A DNA stretch of 64,000 nucleotides from an uncultured Bacteroidales bacterium. GTDB taxonomy: Bacteria > Bacteroidota > Bacteroidia > Bacteroidales > Paludibacteraceae. Made by a program: the position numbers and the translations under genes. Shown piece after piece: positions 44,305 through 54,513 of this stretch; the first letter of the stretch is position 1, and every line of letters begins with the position of its first letter. Where the stretch lies: the NCBI GenBank assembly GCA_900321005.1, contig ONUF01000015.1, positions 1,414 to 65,413 of the forward strand, read 5' to 3'. The notes beneath the pieces are model-generated. The model searched no databases. It was not told the DNA's origin and saw only the letters and a program-made list of their open reading frames with translations.

Positions 44305-45645
44305 ATGCGCAAATATTTCTATATATTATTGTCGATTTTTCTCGTGAGCCTCACCGGTTGCGAGGGCGGAGGCAGTGCTTCGGTTCCTTCATCCGTAGCC
44401 AAACTGAGTGTGTTCTACTTCGCGGCGAATGATTCGAATCCGGGTTTGGCGGAGGCGGTCTTCACGATTGAGGAGCGCCTGGACACGGGTTTGGTTTGGA
44501 ACAAAGACTCGATGCTTTTCGGTACGCGTTTGGACAGCGTCGTGCCCAAGTTCTCCTTCGCGGCTACGCCGAGTGCGGCCTACCTGCATATGAAGGACAC
44601 GTTCATCGCGCTCTCGGGTTACGACACGCTGGATTTCAACGTAAGGCCTATCTACCTCACGATTCGTTCCGGCGACCGCTCGACTATCAAAACCTATGAG
44701 ATACGCGCGACCGTGCATCAGGCGGATCCGGACCTCTATACATGGGATGTCCTCACGCCGCAGATATACGAGGTTGAAGACAGCGAGCAGAAAGTAGTGG
44801 AGTTAGACGACAGCTTCGTGCTCATCAAGTCCAACGGTTTTGCGCTGCGCGCGTACCAGTCCGAAGACGGAGCCGAATGGCTCGACCTCGGTAGCCCCAC
44901 CGGTCTGCCGGCCGGCACGAAGGTACGCCAGATGATCAGCGACGGCAAAACACTGTACTACGGTCAGGACAACAAGATATACACCAGTACGGATGCCGTC
45001 ACATGGACTGCGCATACCGTGAACTATCCCGTCGTGACGATGCTGATGTACTGGAACAACCTGATTTGGGCATTAGTAGAAAACAACGGTTATGAGTTGG
45101 CATGGTGGGAGGACGAGGCATTAGCGCTGAGCGGCATGCGTCCGCAAGGCTCGTTCCCCGTAAGCGATTTCGGTACGGTGGTGTTTCAGAGTGCGAGCCT
45201 GCGCGAACGCGCGATGATCATCGGCGGCTATGCCGACAACGGCGAGTCGCTTAACACGCGCTGGAACTTCGAGTACTCGACCCATCCTATGCCGAAGGGC
45301 GAATACCGCATGGAGGAGTTCTCGATTGACCGACCGAAGTTCACCCGTCTGACCGGCATCTCCGTCATCTGGTACAACAACCGGTTGATGATGTTCGGCG
45401 GCGTGGATGAGAAGATGAGTTATCTCGGCCGCGAGATCCTGATCTCCGAGGACGAGGGCCTCAACTGGACGAAAGCCGACTCGACGAAGAACCAGTTGCC
45501 GGAAGTGTATCGCGCAAGGCAGAAACAGACGGCTATCGTGCGCGGCAACTACATCTACCTCTTCGGAGGACAGGATGCGGACATCTCCTATAGCGATGTC
45601 TATCGGGGATATCTGAACTCCATCGGATGGAATTCAAACAATTAA
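44305..45645 (+). CDS. Hypothetical lipoprotein with a C-terminal Kelch/beta-propeller-like region
   Basis: Start trimmed to MRKYFYILLSIFLVSLTGCEGG (lipobox). Later repeats resemble IIGGY...W and LFGGQD. Confidence 0.5.
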   Translation: MRKYFYILLSIFLVSLTGCEGGGSASVPSSVAKLSVFYFAANDSNPGLAEAVFTIEERLDTGLVWNKDSMLFGTRLDSVVPKFSFAATPSAAYLHMKDTFIALSGYDTLDFNVRPIYLTIRSGDRSTIKTYEIRATVHQADPDLYTWDVLTPQIYEVEDSEQKVVELDDSFVLIKSNGFALRAYQSEDGAEWLDLGSPTGLPAGTKVRQMISDGKTLYYGQDNKIYTSTDAVTWTAHTVNYPVVTMLMYWNNLIWALVENNGYELAWWEDEALALSGMRPQGSFPVSDFGTVVFQSASLRERAMIIGGYADNGESLNTRWNFEYSTHPMPKGEYRMEEFSIDRPKFTRLTGISVIWYNNRLMMFGGVDEKMSYLGREILISEDEGLNWTKADSTKNQLPEVYRARQKQTAIVRGNYIYLFGGQDADISYSDVYRGYLNSIGWNSNN

Positions 45646-45661
45646 CTAAAATATTACTATT

Positions 45662-46912
45662 ATGACTATCAAAGATTTCCAATTCGCCGGCAAGAAGGCG
45701 ATTGTACGTGTCGATTTCAATGTGCCTCTGGATGAGAACGGTCACATTACCGACGACACCCGTATCCGCGGTGCATTACCCACTCTCAAGCACATTCTCG
45801 ACGAGGGCGGCGCACTGATCATCATGAGCCACATGGGCAAACCGAAAGGTAAAGTACAGGCTAAGTACAGCCTCAGCCAGATTGTAGATGCAGTAGCTGC
45901 TGCGCTCGGTCGTCCCGTTCAGTTCGCCGAGGACTGCGCAAAGGCTCAGGACCAGGCTGCTGCTTTGAAACCGGGTGAGGTATTGCTGCTGGAGAACCTG
46001 CGTTTCTATCCGGAAGAGGAAGGCAAACCCGTAGGTATCGAGAAAGAAGATCCGGCTTACGAGCCCGCCAAGAAAGAGATGAAAGCGCGTCAGAAAGAGT
46101 TCGCGAAAGTGCTCGCTTCGTACGCAGACTGCTACGTGATGGACGCTTTCGGTACAGCGCACCGCAAACATGCTTCGACGGCTGTCATCGCGGATTATTT
46201 CGATGCAGACCACAAGATGCTCGGTTTCCTGATGGAGAAAGAGGTTGCTGCTGTGGATGCTGTGCTCGGCGACATCAAGCGCCCGTTCGTAGCCATCATG
46301 GGTGGATCGAAAGTAAGTTCGAAGATCGGTATCATCGAGAACCTGCTCGGCAAGGTGGACAAACTGATTCTCTGCGGCGGTATGACCTATACGTTCGCGA
46401 AAGCGCACGGCGGCGAGATCGGCGGTTCGATCGTAGAGCTCGACAAACTCGATGTAGCGCTGGGCGTAGAGGAGTTGGCGAAGAAGAACGGCGTAGAGCT
46501 CGTGCTCGCTCCGGATGCTATCTGCGCTGACAGCTTCAGTAATGACGCTAACCAGAAGATCTTCCCGTCGAACGCTATTCCTGAGGGTTGGGAAGGTCTG
46601 GATGCCGGTCCCAAGGCACAGGAGAACTTCCGCAACGCCATCAAGGGCGCCAAGACCATTCTATGGAACGGCCCTGCAGGTGTATTCGAGTTCGATAATT
46701 TCTGCGGCGGTAGCCGTGCTATCGGCGAGGCAATCGCAGAGGCTACGAAGAACGGCGCTTTCTCGCTCATCGGCGGTGGCGACTCCGTAGCATGCGTGAA
46801 CAAATTCGGTCTGGCAGACCAAGTATCGTATATCTCTACCGGCGGCGGTGCACTGCTCGAGGCTATCGAAGGCAAAGTGCTCCCGGGTGTTGCAGCAATT
46901 AAAGGAGAGTAA
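45662..46912 (+). CDS. pgk: Phosphoglycerate kinase
   Basis: [19 protein letters not shown] and GGGDSVA motifs, 416 aa. Confidence 0.95.
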   Translation: MTIKDFQFAGKKAIVRVDFNVPLDENGHITDDTRIRGALPTLKHILDEGGALIIMSHMGKPKGKVQAKYSLSQIVDAVAAALGRPVQFAEDCAKAQDQAAALKPGEVLLLENLRFYPEEEGKPVGIEKEDPAYEPAKKEMKARQKEFAKVLASYADCYVMDAFGTAHRKHASTAVIADYFDADHKMLGFLMEKEVAAVDAVLGDIKRPFVAIMGGSKVSSKIGIIENLLGKVDKLILCGGMTYTFAKAHGGEIGGSIVELDKLDVALGVEELAKKNGVELVLAPDAICADSFSNDANQKIFPSNAIPEGWEGLDAGPKAQENFRNAIKGAKTILWNGPAGVFEFDNFCGGSRAIGEAIAEATKNGAFSLIGGGDSVACVNKFGLADQVSYISTGGGALLEAIEGKVLPGVAAIKGE

Positions 46913-46915
46913 ATT

Positions 46916-47341
46916 ATGGACGTAGTAGGTAAGATTATTCAGGTATTGCCGGCACAGGAAGGTATCGGCAAAAACGGCAATCCGTGGAAGGTACAGCCGT
47001 ACGTATTGGAGACGCTGGATCAATATCCCCGCAAGGTACATTTCGAGGTGTTTGGCGAGGACCGTATCAAGCAGAATCCGTGCGATGTAGATCAGTTAGT
47101 AACCGTCAGTTTCGATATCGAGAGCCGTGAGTTCAACGGCCGTTGGTACACCTCTATCCGCGCTTGGCGTATCCAGCAGGGCGATATGACGCAAGCCGTT
47201 CCGGGCGCAGCGCCTGCTGTAGCACCCGTAGCGGCTCCGCAACCTGCGGCAGCTCCTGCAGCTCCTGTAGAGGCTGCTCCGGTGAATATGGATCCGTTTG
47301 ACGCTTCGGCCGGCGAAGGCACGAGTGACCTGCCCTTCTGA
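46916..47341 (+). CDS. DUF3127-like small OB-type protein with an Ala/Pro-rich tail
   Basis: GNPWKVQPYVLETLDQYPRKVHFEVFGED...VSFDIESREFNGRWYTSIRAWRI matches the remembered DUF3127 pattern. Confidence 0.55.
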   Translation: MDVVGKIIQVLPAQEGIGKNGNPWKVQPYVLETLDQYPRKVHFEVFGEDRIKQNPCDVDQLVTVSFDIESREFNGRWYTSIRAWRIQQGDMTQAVPGAAPAVAPVAAPQPAAAPAAPVEAAPVNMDPFDASAGEGTSDLPF

Positions 47342-48300
47342 TGCGTAAGTGGCTACTCATAGTATTAGCTATCATCCTGTTAGCGGTGGGCACAGTGATA
47401 TGCGCCTACCGCTGGCAGGCATGGTTCGTCACACCCGCTGAACCCGCTTGGACGGGGGACACGTTGCAAGACGTATTCCAGACACCGGACTCGACGAACG
47501 ACAGCATTGAGACCATCTTGGTGCTCGGCGATATCCACAGCCGTCTCACGCGTGCGGACTATGACCTGTTGGCAGCGCGCGTGCCGGATGCAGACCTCGT
47601 GATGCAGGTCGGCGACTGGATGGACCGCGGACAGGAGTATTACCGTCAATTGTTGCTGCGCGAGTGGACGAACAGCGCGTTGAACGGTCTGCCCGTCATT
47701 GCGTGCCCGGGAAACCACGAGTACACCAAAGGTGTACATAAGCACTTGTCAGAGGCCTGGAGCGAGACGTTCCGTCATCCGAATAACGGGCCGGTAGGAG
47801 TGCCGGGCGCCAGTTACTGGCTCGACATCCCGCGGATGCGCGTCATCGTGATTGATACCAACCCCTTGTCGCATGTCGTGTATCTGACGCGTACGCTGAC
47901 ATGGTTACGCGAAGCGATGTACAGCGCCGGCGACCGCGCCGTGGTGGTGATGATGCACCATCCGGTATTGTCTGCCGCCAAAGGTCGCGCGAACCCCGCT
48001 ATCTACAGCACATTCCGCTATGCGCTGAGTCAAGCCGACCTGGTGATCGCGGGACATGATCATTTCTATGCCCGCCGCACGCCCTTCGTGATGCTCAATA
48101 CTGCCGGCAAGGCCAAGAAACAGAAGACCAAACTGCATGCCGAGGTATGCGACAGCGTAGCGGTGTACGGGGTACTCAGTATTCAGCGGTCAGCAATCAG
48201 TGATCAGCGATCAGCAATCAGTGATCAGCCGTTAGTATTCAGCATTCATCGCATGAGCGACGGCGTCGCTATCGATACCATCTATGTTAAGCACGACTGA
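47341..48300 (+). CDS. Calcineurin-like metallophosphoesterase
   Basis: GDIHS, GDWMDRG, GNHEY, MHHP and GHDHF motifs. There is an N-terminal TM anchor. Confidence 0.8.
   Translation: MRKWLLIVLAIILLAVGTVICAYRWQAWFVTPAEPAWTGDTLQDVFQTPDSTNDSIETILVLGDIHSRLTRADYDLLAARVPDADLVMQVGDWMDRGQEYYRQLLLREWTNSALNGLPVIACPGNHEYTKGVHKHLSEAWSETFRHPNNGPVGVPGASYWLDIPRMRVIVIDTNPLSHVVYLTRTLTWLREAMYSAGDRAVVVMMHHPVLSAAKGRANPAIYSTFRYALSQADLVIAGHDHFYARRTPFVMLNTAGKAKKQKTKLHAEVCDSVAVYGVLSIQRSAISDQRSAISDQPLVFSIHRMSDGVAIDTIYVKHD
48181..48250 (+). repeat. In-frame heptamer array (about 10 units, RATCAGY family) inside the phosphoesterase CDS
   Basis: attcagc ggtcagc aatcagt gatcagc gatcagc aatcagt gatcagc cgttagt attcagc attcatc. 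It encodes IQRSAISDQRSAISDQPLVFSIH. Confidence 0.92.
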
Positions 48301-48856
48301 TGCGATAGTGCTGTCGCTTCAGCCGCATTCGGATAAAGCGCACGTGCTGCACGCCTATACGCGTACGGGCGGGCGCGTTAATTATATAGTGTACGGATTA
48401 GGGCGCAAACACGCTATCGGGATGTACACGCCGTTCACGCTGCTGCAGATCACCGCAGACATGACACCCTCCAAACCGCCGACGCTCAAAGAGGCGGTAT
48501 CTCTAAGCACAAATTCACTAAACATTAATCCTTATAAAAACGCTATCGCGCTGTTCCTGAGCGAAGTGCTCTACCACGTACTGCGCCATCCGATGACCGA
48601 CGAGCCGATGTTCGACTTCATCGCGCAGGCCGTAAAGGACTTGGACCGGTGCGAAGAACCGCAGAATTTTCATTTGCAGTTTTTGATCGGGCTGGCGGCT
48701 AAGTTGGGTTTTGCAATGGAGAACGAACCCGTTTTGCCGCAAACGCGTAAGGAGCGGCAGCAACAGTTACGGGCACTCTGCACGTATTTTGAGGAACACG
48801 TCGAAACATGGGAAGCACCCCGTTCCTTGGATATTTTAATGGAGGTTTTTGACTAA
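48284..48856 (+). CDS. recO: DNA repair protein RecO (short)
   Basis: N-terminal OB-fold pattern TDAIVLSLQPHSDKAHVLHAYTRTGGRVNYIVYG. At 190 aa it is shorter than typical RecO. Confidence 0.55.
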   Translation: MLSTTDAIVLSLQPHSDKAHVLHAYTRTGGRVNYIVYGLGRKHAIGMYTPFTLLQITADMTPSKPPTLKEAVSLSTNSLNINPYKNAIALFLSEVLYHVLRHPMTDEPMFDFIAQAVKDLDRCEEPQNFHLQFLIGLAAKLGFAMENEPVLPQTRKERQQQLRALCTYFEEHVETWEAPRSLDILMEVFD

Positions 48857-48914
48857 AAACGCCCACAAAAGTAAAAAAAGTGCGAAAAAATTTGGTCATG
48901 TCAGAAAAAAGCAG

Positions 48915-48922
48915 TACTTTTG
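48915..48922 (+). promoter_or_regulatory. -7 box TACTTTTG for rpmH
   Basis: gcagTACTTTTGcagg, 57 nt before the ATG at 48979. Confidence 0.55.
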
Positions 48923-48978
48923 CAGGCTTTTTGACGTATAAACCCGTCTTTGCGAAAAGACATAAATAAAATAAGACA

Positions 48979-49137
48979 ATGAAACGTACATTCCAACCTT
49001 CCCAACGTAAGCGTCGTAACAAACACGGCTTCCTGGAGAGAATGACTACCGCTAACGGTCGTCGTGTATTGGCTGCACGCCGCGCTAAAGGTCGTAAGAA
49101 ACTGACCGTAGCTGACGAAGGACGCCACAAATTTTAA
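48979..49137 (+). CDS. rpmH: 50S ribosomal protein L34
   Basis: Below the ORF-track cutoff. [52 protein letters not shown]. Confidence 0.93.
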   Translation: MKRTFQPSQRKRRNKHGFLERMTTANGRRVLAARRAKGRKKLTVADEGRHKF

Positions 49138-49472
49138 TGGAGTCAACTAGACAACACAAGATCGCTCGTCTGATTCAAAAGGACATGAGCGACATTCTTT
49201 TACGGTACGCGCGCACTTTGCATGGGACATTGATTTCCGTGAGCGAGGTGCGCGTGTCGCCTGATCTCTCTATTGCGCATATCTATCTGTCTATCTTTCC
49301 GCAGGACAAGGTAGCTCAGACGATGACGCTTATTGAGGAGAACACGCATCGCTTTCGCGGTGAACTCGGCACGCTTGAGCGCCATCAATTGCGTATTATT
49401 CCGGAAATAGTCTTCCATTTGGACGAGACGATTGACCGAATGGAGCGCATTGATGAGTTGCTCCATGCCTAA
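49137..49472 (+). CDS. rbfA: Ribosome-binding factor A
   Basis: RQHKIARLIQKDMSDIL...VSEVRVSPDLSIAHIYLSIF. Its start overlaps the rpmH stop (TAATG). Confidence 0.85.
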   Translation: MESTRQHKIARLIQKDMSDILLRYARTLHGTLISVSEVRVSPDLSIAHIYLSIFPQDKVAQTMTLIEENTHRFRGELGTLERHQLRIIPEIVFHLDETIDRMERIDELLHA

Positions 49473-50679
49473 TTTAGAATCCCATATTGCCTGGCGGTAC
49501 CTTTTCTCGAAGAAAGGGCATAACGCCATCAACATCGTCTCCGGCATCAGCGCGGCGGCAGTTGCTGTCGTGACGGCGGCGATGATTTCAGTATTATCCG
49601 TGATGAACGGATTCGGCACGCTGGTGGAGCACATGTTCTCGGAGTTCGATCCGGTGCTATTGGTCGTTCCGACCGAAGGAGCCACCTTACGCACCGACAC
49701 CGCGCCGATTATTTCTTTATACGCGCGCGAGGACATCGAGGCTATCTCCATGCAACTGGAGCAGACCGCGCTTATTCGCTACAAGGACCATCAGACGCCG
49801 GCGCGCGTGATGGGTGTGGACAGTCTGTTTACGCAAACCGCGCATATCGACTCGATCATTTCCGACGGTTTCTATTCGGTATGGGACGGCGCTTTCGACC
49901 GCGTGACGATGGGTAGAGGTCTGGCGGCTCAGATAGGTATGAACGCGCATTTCACGGGGGCGTTACACCTCTATGCGCCGCAGCGCACGGGACGCATCAA
50001 CATGATGCGACCGGACTTGAGTTTGAACCACGAGCATGCCTTCATCGCCGGCACGTTTGCCGTGAACCAGGTCGAATATGACGACCAGTTACTCCTTGTC
50101 TCCCTACCCCTCGCACAACGGCTCTTCGACTATGACGAGTTTACGGCAAGTGCACTGCGAATAGCAATCAGTAATCAGCAATCAGTAATCAGCAAATCTG
50201 AAATCTCTAAGATTTTAGGGCCCGGTTACAAAGTTTTGGATCGCTATGAGCAGCAGGCGAGTTTCTTCAATATCTTGCGCATTGAGAAACTGCTGACGAT
50301 CTTGTTACTCGTCTTCATCTTGCTGATTGCGAGCTTTAATATTATCGGTTCGCTCTCGATGCTGATTATCGACAAGCGCGAAGACATACAGATTCTTTCG
50401 CACTTAGGCGCAGACGAAGCGACGATTCGCCGTGTGTTCCTGCTCGAAGGATGGTTTATCTCTTCGCTGGGTGCATTGATAGGACTTATCGCCGGCGTGC
50501 TGCTGTGCCTCGGTCAGCAACATTTCGGTTGGTTGAAATTAGGCAGCGGCGCGGAGTACGTGATCTCCGCCTATCCGGTACAGGTACAGGTGCTCGACAT
50601 CGTGCTGGTAGCCGCGATTGTACTGGCGTTGGGTTTCGCCGCCGCTCTTTATCCCTCCCGCAAAATACAAATCCAATGA
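49465..50679 (+). CDS. FtsX/MacB-type permease, LolE-like
   Basis: I prefer the start MPNLESHIAWRYLFSKK. It has four TM segments, a periplasmic domain and a C-terminal FtsX region. Confidence 0.75.
   Translation: MPNLESHIAWRYLFSKKGHNAINIVSGISAAAVAVVTAAMISVLSVMNGFGTLVEHMFSEFDPVLLVVPTEGATLRTDTAPIISLYAREDIEAISMQLEQTALIRYKDHQTPARVMGVDSLFTQTAHIDSIISDGFYSVWDGAFDRVTMGRGLAAQIGMNAHFTGALHLYAPQRTGRINMMRPDLSLNHEHAFIAGTFAVNQVEYDDQLLLVSLPLAQRLFDYDEFTASALRIAISNQQSVISKSEISKILGPGYKVLDRYEQQASFFNILRIEKLLTILLLVFILLIASFNIIGSLSMLIIDKREDIQILSHLGADEATIRRVFLLEGWFISSLGALIGLIAGVLLCLGQQHFGWLKLGSGAEYVISAYPVQVQVLDIVLVAAIVLALGFAAALYPSRKIQIQ
50163..50204 (+). repeat. In-frame heptamer array (6 units) inside the LolE-like CDS
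   Basis: agcaatc agtaatc agcaatc agtaatc agcaaat ctgaaat. It encodes AISNQQSVISKSEIS. Confidence 0.92.
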
Positions 50680-51248
50680 GAAAAGCACTATATATCGGAT
50701 TACTTGGATTGTTCGGCATACTCGGGTTGAGTTCTTGCCGGAAATCGACGTCGATCACCTATCGCACCATGCCAAAGGAGTATGTGTTGGCATGGGAAGA
50801 GATCTACGGGCATGCCTATGACTCCGTGCCGTATCCCGTGGTTGCGCTGGATCTGTACTCCAAGGGGCTGGAACTCGATGCCGACCACCACATGCGGGGT
50901 ACGGGCTATAACCTCTATATCTCCGATATCTTTGTGCCGGTAAGCTACGGCGAGGACACCTTGCGTCTCGTAGCCGGCAAGTATCATAGCGAGCGCACGG
51001 CGCAACCATTCACTTTCCTGCCCGGCAAGAGTTGGGACGGTCAACCGACGGGTATGTACGTGCTGTATGTGGAGAACGGCAAGTTACAAACGATTCAGAT
51101 GCTGGATTCCGGCTATATCGTGGTCAAAGATACGACATCCATGTTCAAAGACATCGAGTTCACGCTCTATTATAAAAACTCGTACGGTTCGCGGGCTACC
51201 TACAAGCCGCATTTTCAAGGATACCTTCGCCCGTGGGAAAAACGATAA
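50676..51248 (+). CDS. Hypothetical lipoprotein (190 aa)
   Basis: Start trimmed to MRKALYIGLLGLFGILGLSSCRKS (lipobox). It overlaps the upstream stop (ATGA). Confidence 0.55.
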   Translation: MRKALYIGLLGLFGILGLSSCRKSTSITYRTMPKEYVLAWEEIYGHAYDSVPYPVVALDLYSKGLELDADHHMRGTGYNLYISDIFVPVSYGEDTLRLVAGKYHSERTAQPFTFLPGKSWDGQPTGMYVLYVENGKLQTIQMLDSGYIVVKDTTSMFKDIEFTLYYKNSYGSRATYKPHFQGYLRPWEKR

Positions 51249-52144
51249 CATCGGATGCAGAGCTTCGGCGCGAGTACCATACGTGGTTGCGTCTGGAGCG
51301 CGGTTATTCACCGAACACCATCGAGGGCTACGAGATGGACCTCGACAAGCTGCGTGCGTACGGCGAGGAGCATCACGTGGATATCGTGCACATGAGTTTT
51401 GACGAGTTACAAGAGTGCATCTTTACGCTCTTCAAAGATGTTCGTTCCGAAGGAACACAGGCCCGTATTCTCGCGGGTATACACTCGTGGTTTCGCTTTC
51501 TGCTGTACAAAGACTATATTGACCAAGACCCTTCGGAACTGTTGGAAGGGCCGCGTAAGTCCAAACACCTGCCGACGGTGCTCTCGCTGGATGAGGTGAA
51601 CCGGATGATGGCGGCGATCGACCTGAGCAGCAACGAAGGTCACCGCAACCGCGCGATGATGGAGATGCTCTACGGCAGCGGTCTGCGCGTGAGCGAGTTG
51701 GTCAATCTGCAGTTGAGTAAGATATACCTTCACGAACATTACATGCTGATAGAGGGCAAGGGCTCGAAACAACGCCTTGTGCCGCTCTCGCCGGTAGCCG
51801 AAGAATGGTTCGGGTACTGGATGCAGGAACGTGCGACCTGGCCGCTCAAGCCCGAGTCGAAGGATATCGCGTTTGTCAACCGTTACGGTAGGCCGATGAC
51901 GCGGGCGATGGTCTTTACTATCGTACGTAAGCTCTGCGCCGAGGCAGGTATTACCAAGACGGTGAGTCCGCATACGCTGCGTCACTCTTTCGCAACCCAC
52001 CTGCTGCAGAACGGCGCCGACCTACGCGTGATACAGCAACTGCTGGGACACGAAGACCTGGCGACTACCGAGATATACACGCATATTGATGTCCAAGACC
52101 TGAGAAAAGCCATACTTCAATGTCATCCGGCGAATAAAGTGTAA
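51233..52144 (+). CDS. xerD: Site-specific tyrosine recombinase XerD
   Basis: GTG start. LERGYSPNTIEGY and HTLRHSFATHLLQNGADLRVIQQLLGHEDLATTEIYTH. It is embedded among core genes. Confidence 0.85.
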   Translation: MGKTITSDAELRREYHTWLRLERGYSPNTIEGYEMDLDKLRAYGEEHHVDIVHMSFDELQECIFTLFKDVRSEGTQARILAGIHSWFRFLLYKDYIDQDPSELLEGPRKSKHLPTVLSLDEVNRMMAAIDLSSNEGHRNRAMMEMLYGSGLRVSELVNLQLSKIYLHEHYMLIEGKGSKQRLVPLSPVAEEWFGYWMQERATWPLKPESKDIAFVNRYGRPMTRAMVFTIVRKLCAEAGITKTVSPHTLRHSFATHLLQNGADLRVIQQLLGHEDLATTEIYTHIDVQDLRKAILQCHPANKV

Positions 52145-52166
52145 TGTGTAAGGTGTAGTGTTTAGA
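52139..52166 (+). repeat. Heptamer array of the GTGTAAT family containing the xerD stop and the next gene's GTG start
   Basis: gtgtaat gtgtaag gtgtagt gtttaga. TAA is at 52142-52144 and GTG at 52158. Confidence 0.9.
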
Positions 52167-54509
52167 CGTTTTTTCATATTGTTGCTGCTGATTCTCTCAC
52201 TGCCTGTCATGGCCGTGGAGACGATTATCGTCGGCGAGATCGTCGATGAGGTGACGGGCGAGGCGATACCGAATGTGAATATCCATTTCCGGGGCACGAA
52301 GATCGGTACGACCTCTGACGAGCACGGCAACTACATGCTGCGCGTGGATATGAGCGCGAAGAGTCAGTTGGTTTTCTCCGCCGTCGGCTATTATACCCAG
52401 CGCTTCGATGTGGAACCCGGCGTGATGGCGGGACTGCAAGTGGCGATGCGGGAGAAGACCGCCACGCTGACGGAGATCGTCGTATCGCCGAATGAGAACC
52501 CCGCCTTAGCGATTTTACGCCAGGTACGGGAGCACCGCGACGCGAACGACCGCACCCAGCATCCGGAGAACGGTATGGTAGCGCAGCGCGAGCAGACGCT
52601 CTATGTCTCGCATATCACCCGCCGGCACTTGCGCCGCGCGCTATGGAAGAGTCTGCAGGCCGGTATGATTGCGCAGGAGGACTCGACGTATATCCTGCCG
52701 CTCTACCGCGAGACGCAGTCTTTCCGCCTTGCGGGACAGGAGATGATTCCCGCCAATGACCAGCGCACGCAGGCACTCATCCTCTCCGAGACAGACTATT
52801 CGGCATTGCTCGGCGGCGAAGGCAACCTTAACTTTTACGCACCGTCTGTCAGCCTCATGGGCCACGCTTTCCTCTCTCCTCTCGCCGCCGGCGGAAATCT
52901 GTATTATAGGTATTATATAGATGAGCAGTCAGTAATCAGTGATCAGTCTTCAGCGGTACGCATCACCTTCCGCACCAGAAATCCGTTCTACGCGACGTTT
53001 AACGGCGAGATGGTCATTGATACCGCGACGTATGCGTTACGCGCGCTGAAGGCCTATGTGCCGCCGGAGGTGGCCGTCAATTACGTGAATGACATTCATG
53101 TCGCGCAGACCCTCACGCCTGACGGCTTTATCGCCGAAGAGACGATCTCGGCGCTGCTCGATTTCACGGTCAAGAGCGAGAAAGCCGGCTCGGTCTTTCC
53201 GTCGGTACTATTGACGACGAGGCTGAAGAATGATGCAGCGAAGCTGCCTAATGATACGAGTCAAGACTCGTCTAATGATGAGCCAAAGGCTCTGAATGAT
53301 GATGCCGACTCCGCTTTTGCGGCGCTGGACAGTCTGCCGATTATGCGCGCGGCGAAGTTCTTCGCGACGATTGCTACGACGGGATATATTCCGACGGGTA
53401 CGCCGGTCGATATCGGTCATGTAGAGGAGATCTTGCAGGTCAACCAGCACGAGACGGTGCATGTCGGTTTGCCGTTCCGCACGAACGAGAAACTGTCGAA
53501 GGTCGTGTCGTTAGAGGCTTCGGTGGGGTACGGATTCAAAGACCGCTCGTTCAAAGGTATGGGGCGCGTGTCCGTGAACCTGCCGACGGAAAGGAAGAAC
53601 ATCCTGCAGTTTGAGTACAACGACCATTACGTATGGTCGGAGGTGGATGATTTCGACCGGATGCTACGGGAGAACTCCATGGGTTGGGGCAATTTCGACT
53701 TCACGGCGTACGCTTTTCAGGCGCTATATAGAGATCCTCTCTGCGTCAATACGGCTATTCGCCAGCGGCAGTTCCAGTTCCATTGGTTTGCCGACTGGAT
53801 TCATCAGATGGACACCCGTAGCGGTGCACCGATGAGTATAGAGAGTCATTTCTTTGCCCGCGCGGGTTGGCAGGCGGATTATGCCTATCAGTCGGCGCAT
53901 GCGATCGCGCGTCTCAGTTGGGGCGAGCGCAAGTACGACGGGTATTTCATGCGCCGCTACGCCTATTCGTCCCGTTATCCGGTGCTGTACGTAGGCGCAG
54001 AAGCCGGGCACTGGTCCGATGCCGAACATTCGAAGATCTACCTGCATCTGCGGGCGATGTTGACGCAGCACGCGAACCTCGGCATGGGCGGTACGCTGAC
54101 GTATGCTTTCCAGACGGGTATCATCCTGGGCCAAGTGCCGACGACGCTCTTATGGCAGGCGAATGCGAACCAGGGCTATGCGTATGATCCCTATCGCTTC
54201 ACGTTTTTGCACGGCAACCAACTGTTGGCGAACCGCTATGTGGCGCTGCAGACCGAATGGAACGGCATGGGCATCTTGTTCAACATGATTCCCGGCGTGC
54301 GCTGGTTGCATCTGCGCGAGTTAGTAGAAGCCAAGATCGCCTACGGGTCGAGAGGCTCGACACCCGAACTGCCATCCGGTAGCCTTCTTTATTCGGAAGT
54401 CGGAGTTGGTATCGGCAATATATTACGTATCTGCGATCTCTATTCTATTTGGTCTATTACGCCGAATGTTCAGTGGGGACTTCGCTTCCGGATTCACTTA
54501 GGGTTGTAG
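52158..54509 (+). CDS. Carboxypeptidase-regulatory-like domain plus DUF5686-type outer-membrane protein
   Basis: A signal peptide followed by IVGEIVDEVTGEAIPNVNIHFRGTKIGTTSDEHGNYML (CarboxypepD_reg). The remainder is large and beta-rich. Confidence 0.6.
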   Translation: MFRRFFILLLLILSLPVMAVETIIVGEIVDEVTGEAIPNVNIHFRGTKIGTTSDEHGNYMLRVDMSAKSQLVFSAVGYYTQRFDVEPGVMAGLQVAMREKTATLTEIVVSPNENPALAILRQVREHRDANDRTQHPENGMVAQREQTLYVSHITRRHLRRALWKSLQAGMIAQEDSTYILPLYRETQSFRLAGQEMIPANDQRTQALILSETDYSALLGGEGNLNFYAPSVSLMGHAFLSPLAAGGNLYYRYYIDEQSVISDQSSAVRITFRTRNPFYATFNGEMVIDTATYALRALKAYVPPEVAVNYVNDIHVAQTLTPDGFIAEETISALLDFTVKSEKAGSVFPSVLLTTRLKNDAAKLPNDTSQDSSNDEPKALNDDADSAFAALDSLPIMRAAKFFATIATTGYIPTGTPVDIGHVEEILQVNQHETVHVGLPFRTNEKLSKVVSLEASVGYGFKDRSFKGMGRVSVNLPTERKNILQFEYNDHYVWSEVDDFDRMLRENSMGWGNFDFTAYAFQALYRDPLCVNTAIRQRQFQFHWFADWIHQMDTRSGAPMSIESHFFARAGWQADYAYQSAHAIARLSWGERKYDGYFMRRYAYSSRYPVLYVGAEAGHWSDAEHSKIYLHLRAMLTQHANLGMGGTLTYAFQTGIILGQVPTTLLWQANANQGYAYDPYRFTFLHGNQLLANRYVALQTEWNGMGILFNMIPGVRWLHLRELVEAKIAYGSRGSTPELPSGSLLYSEVGVGIGNILRICDLYSIWSITPNVQWGLRFRIHLGL
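52923..52957 (+). repeat. In-frame heptamer array (5 units) inside the DUF5686-like CDS
   Basis: gagcagt cagtaat cagtgat cagtctt cagcggt. It encodes EQSVISDQSSAV. Confidence 0.9.
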
Positions 54510-54513
54510 AAAT

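Noticed and set aside
51233-52144. The tyrosine recombinase as the integrase of a mobile element or of an invertible promoter switch.
   Set aside because: Its sequence and length fit housekeeping XerD. It is embedded in rpmH-rbfA-lolE core context. I found no flanking inverted repeats around any nearby promoter.
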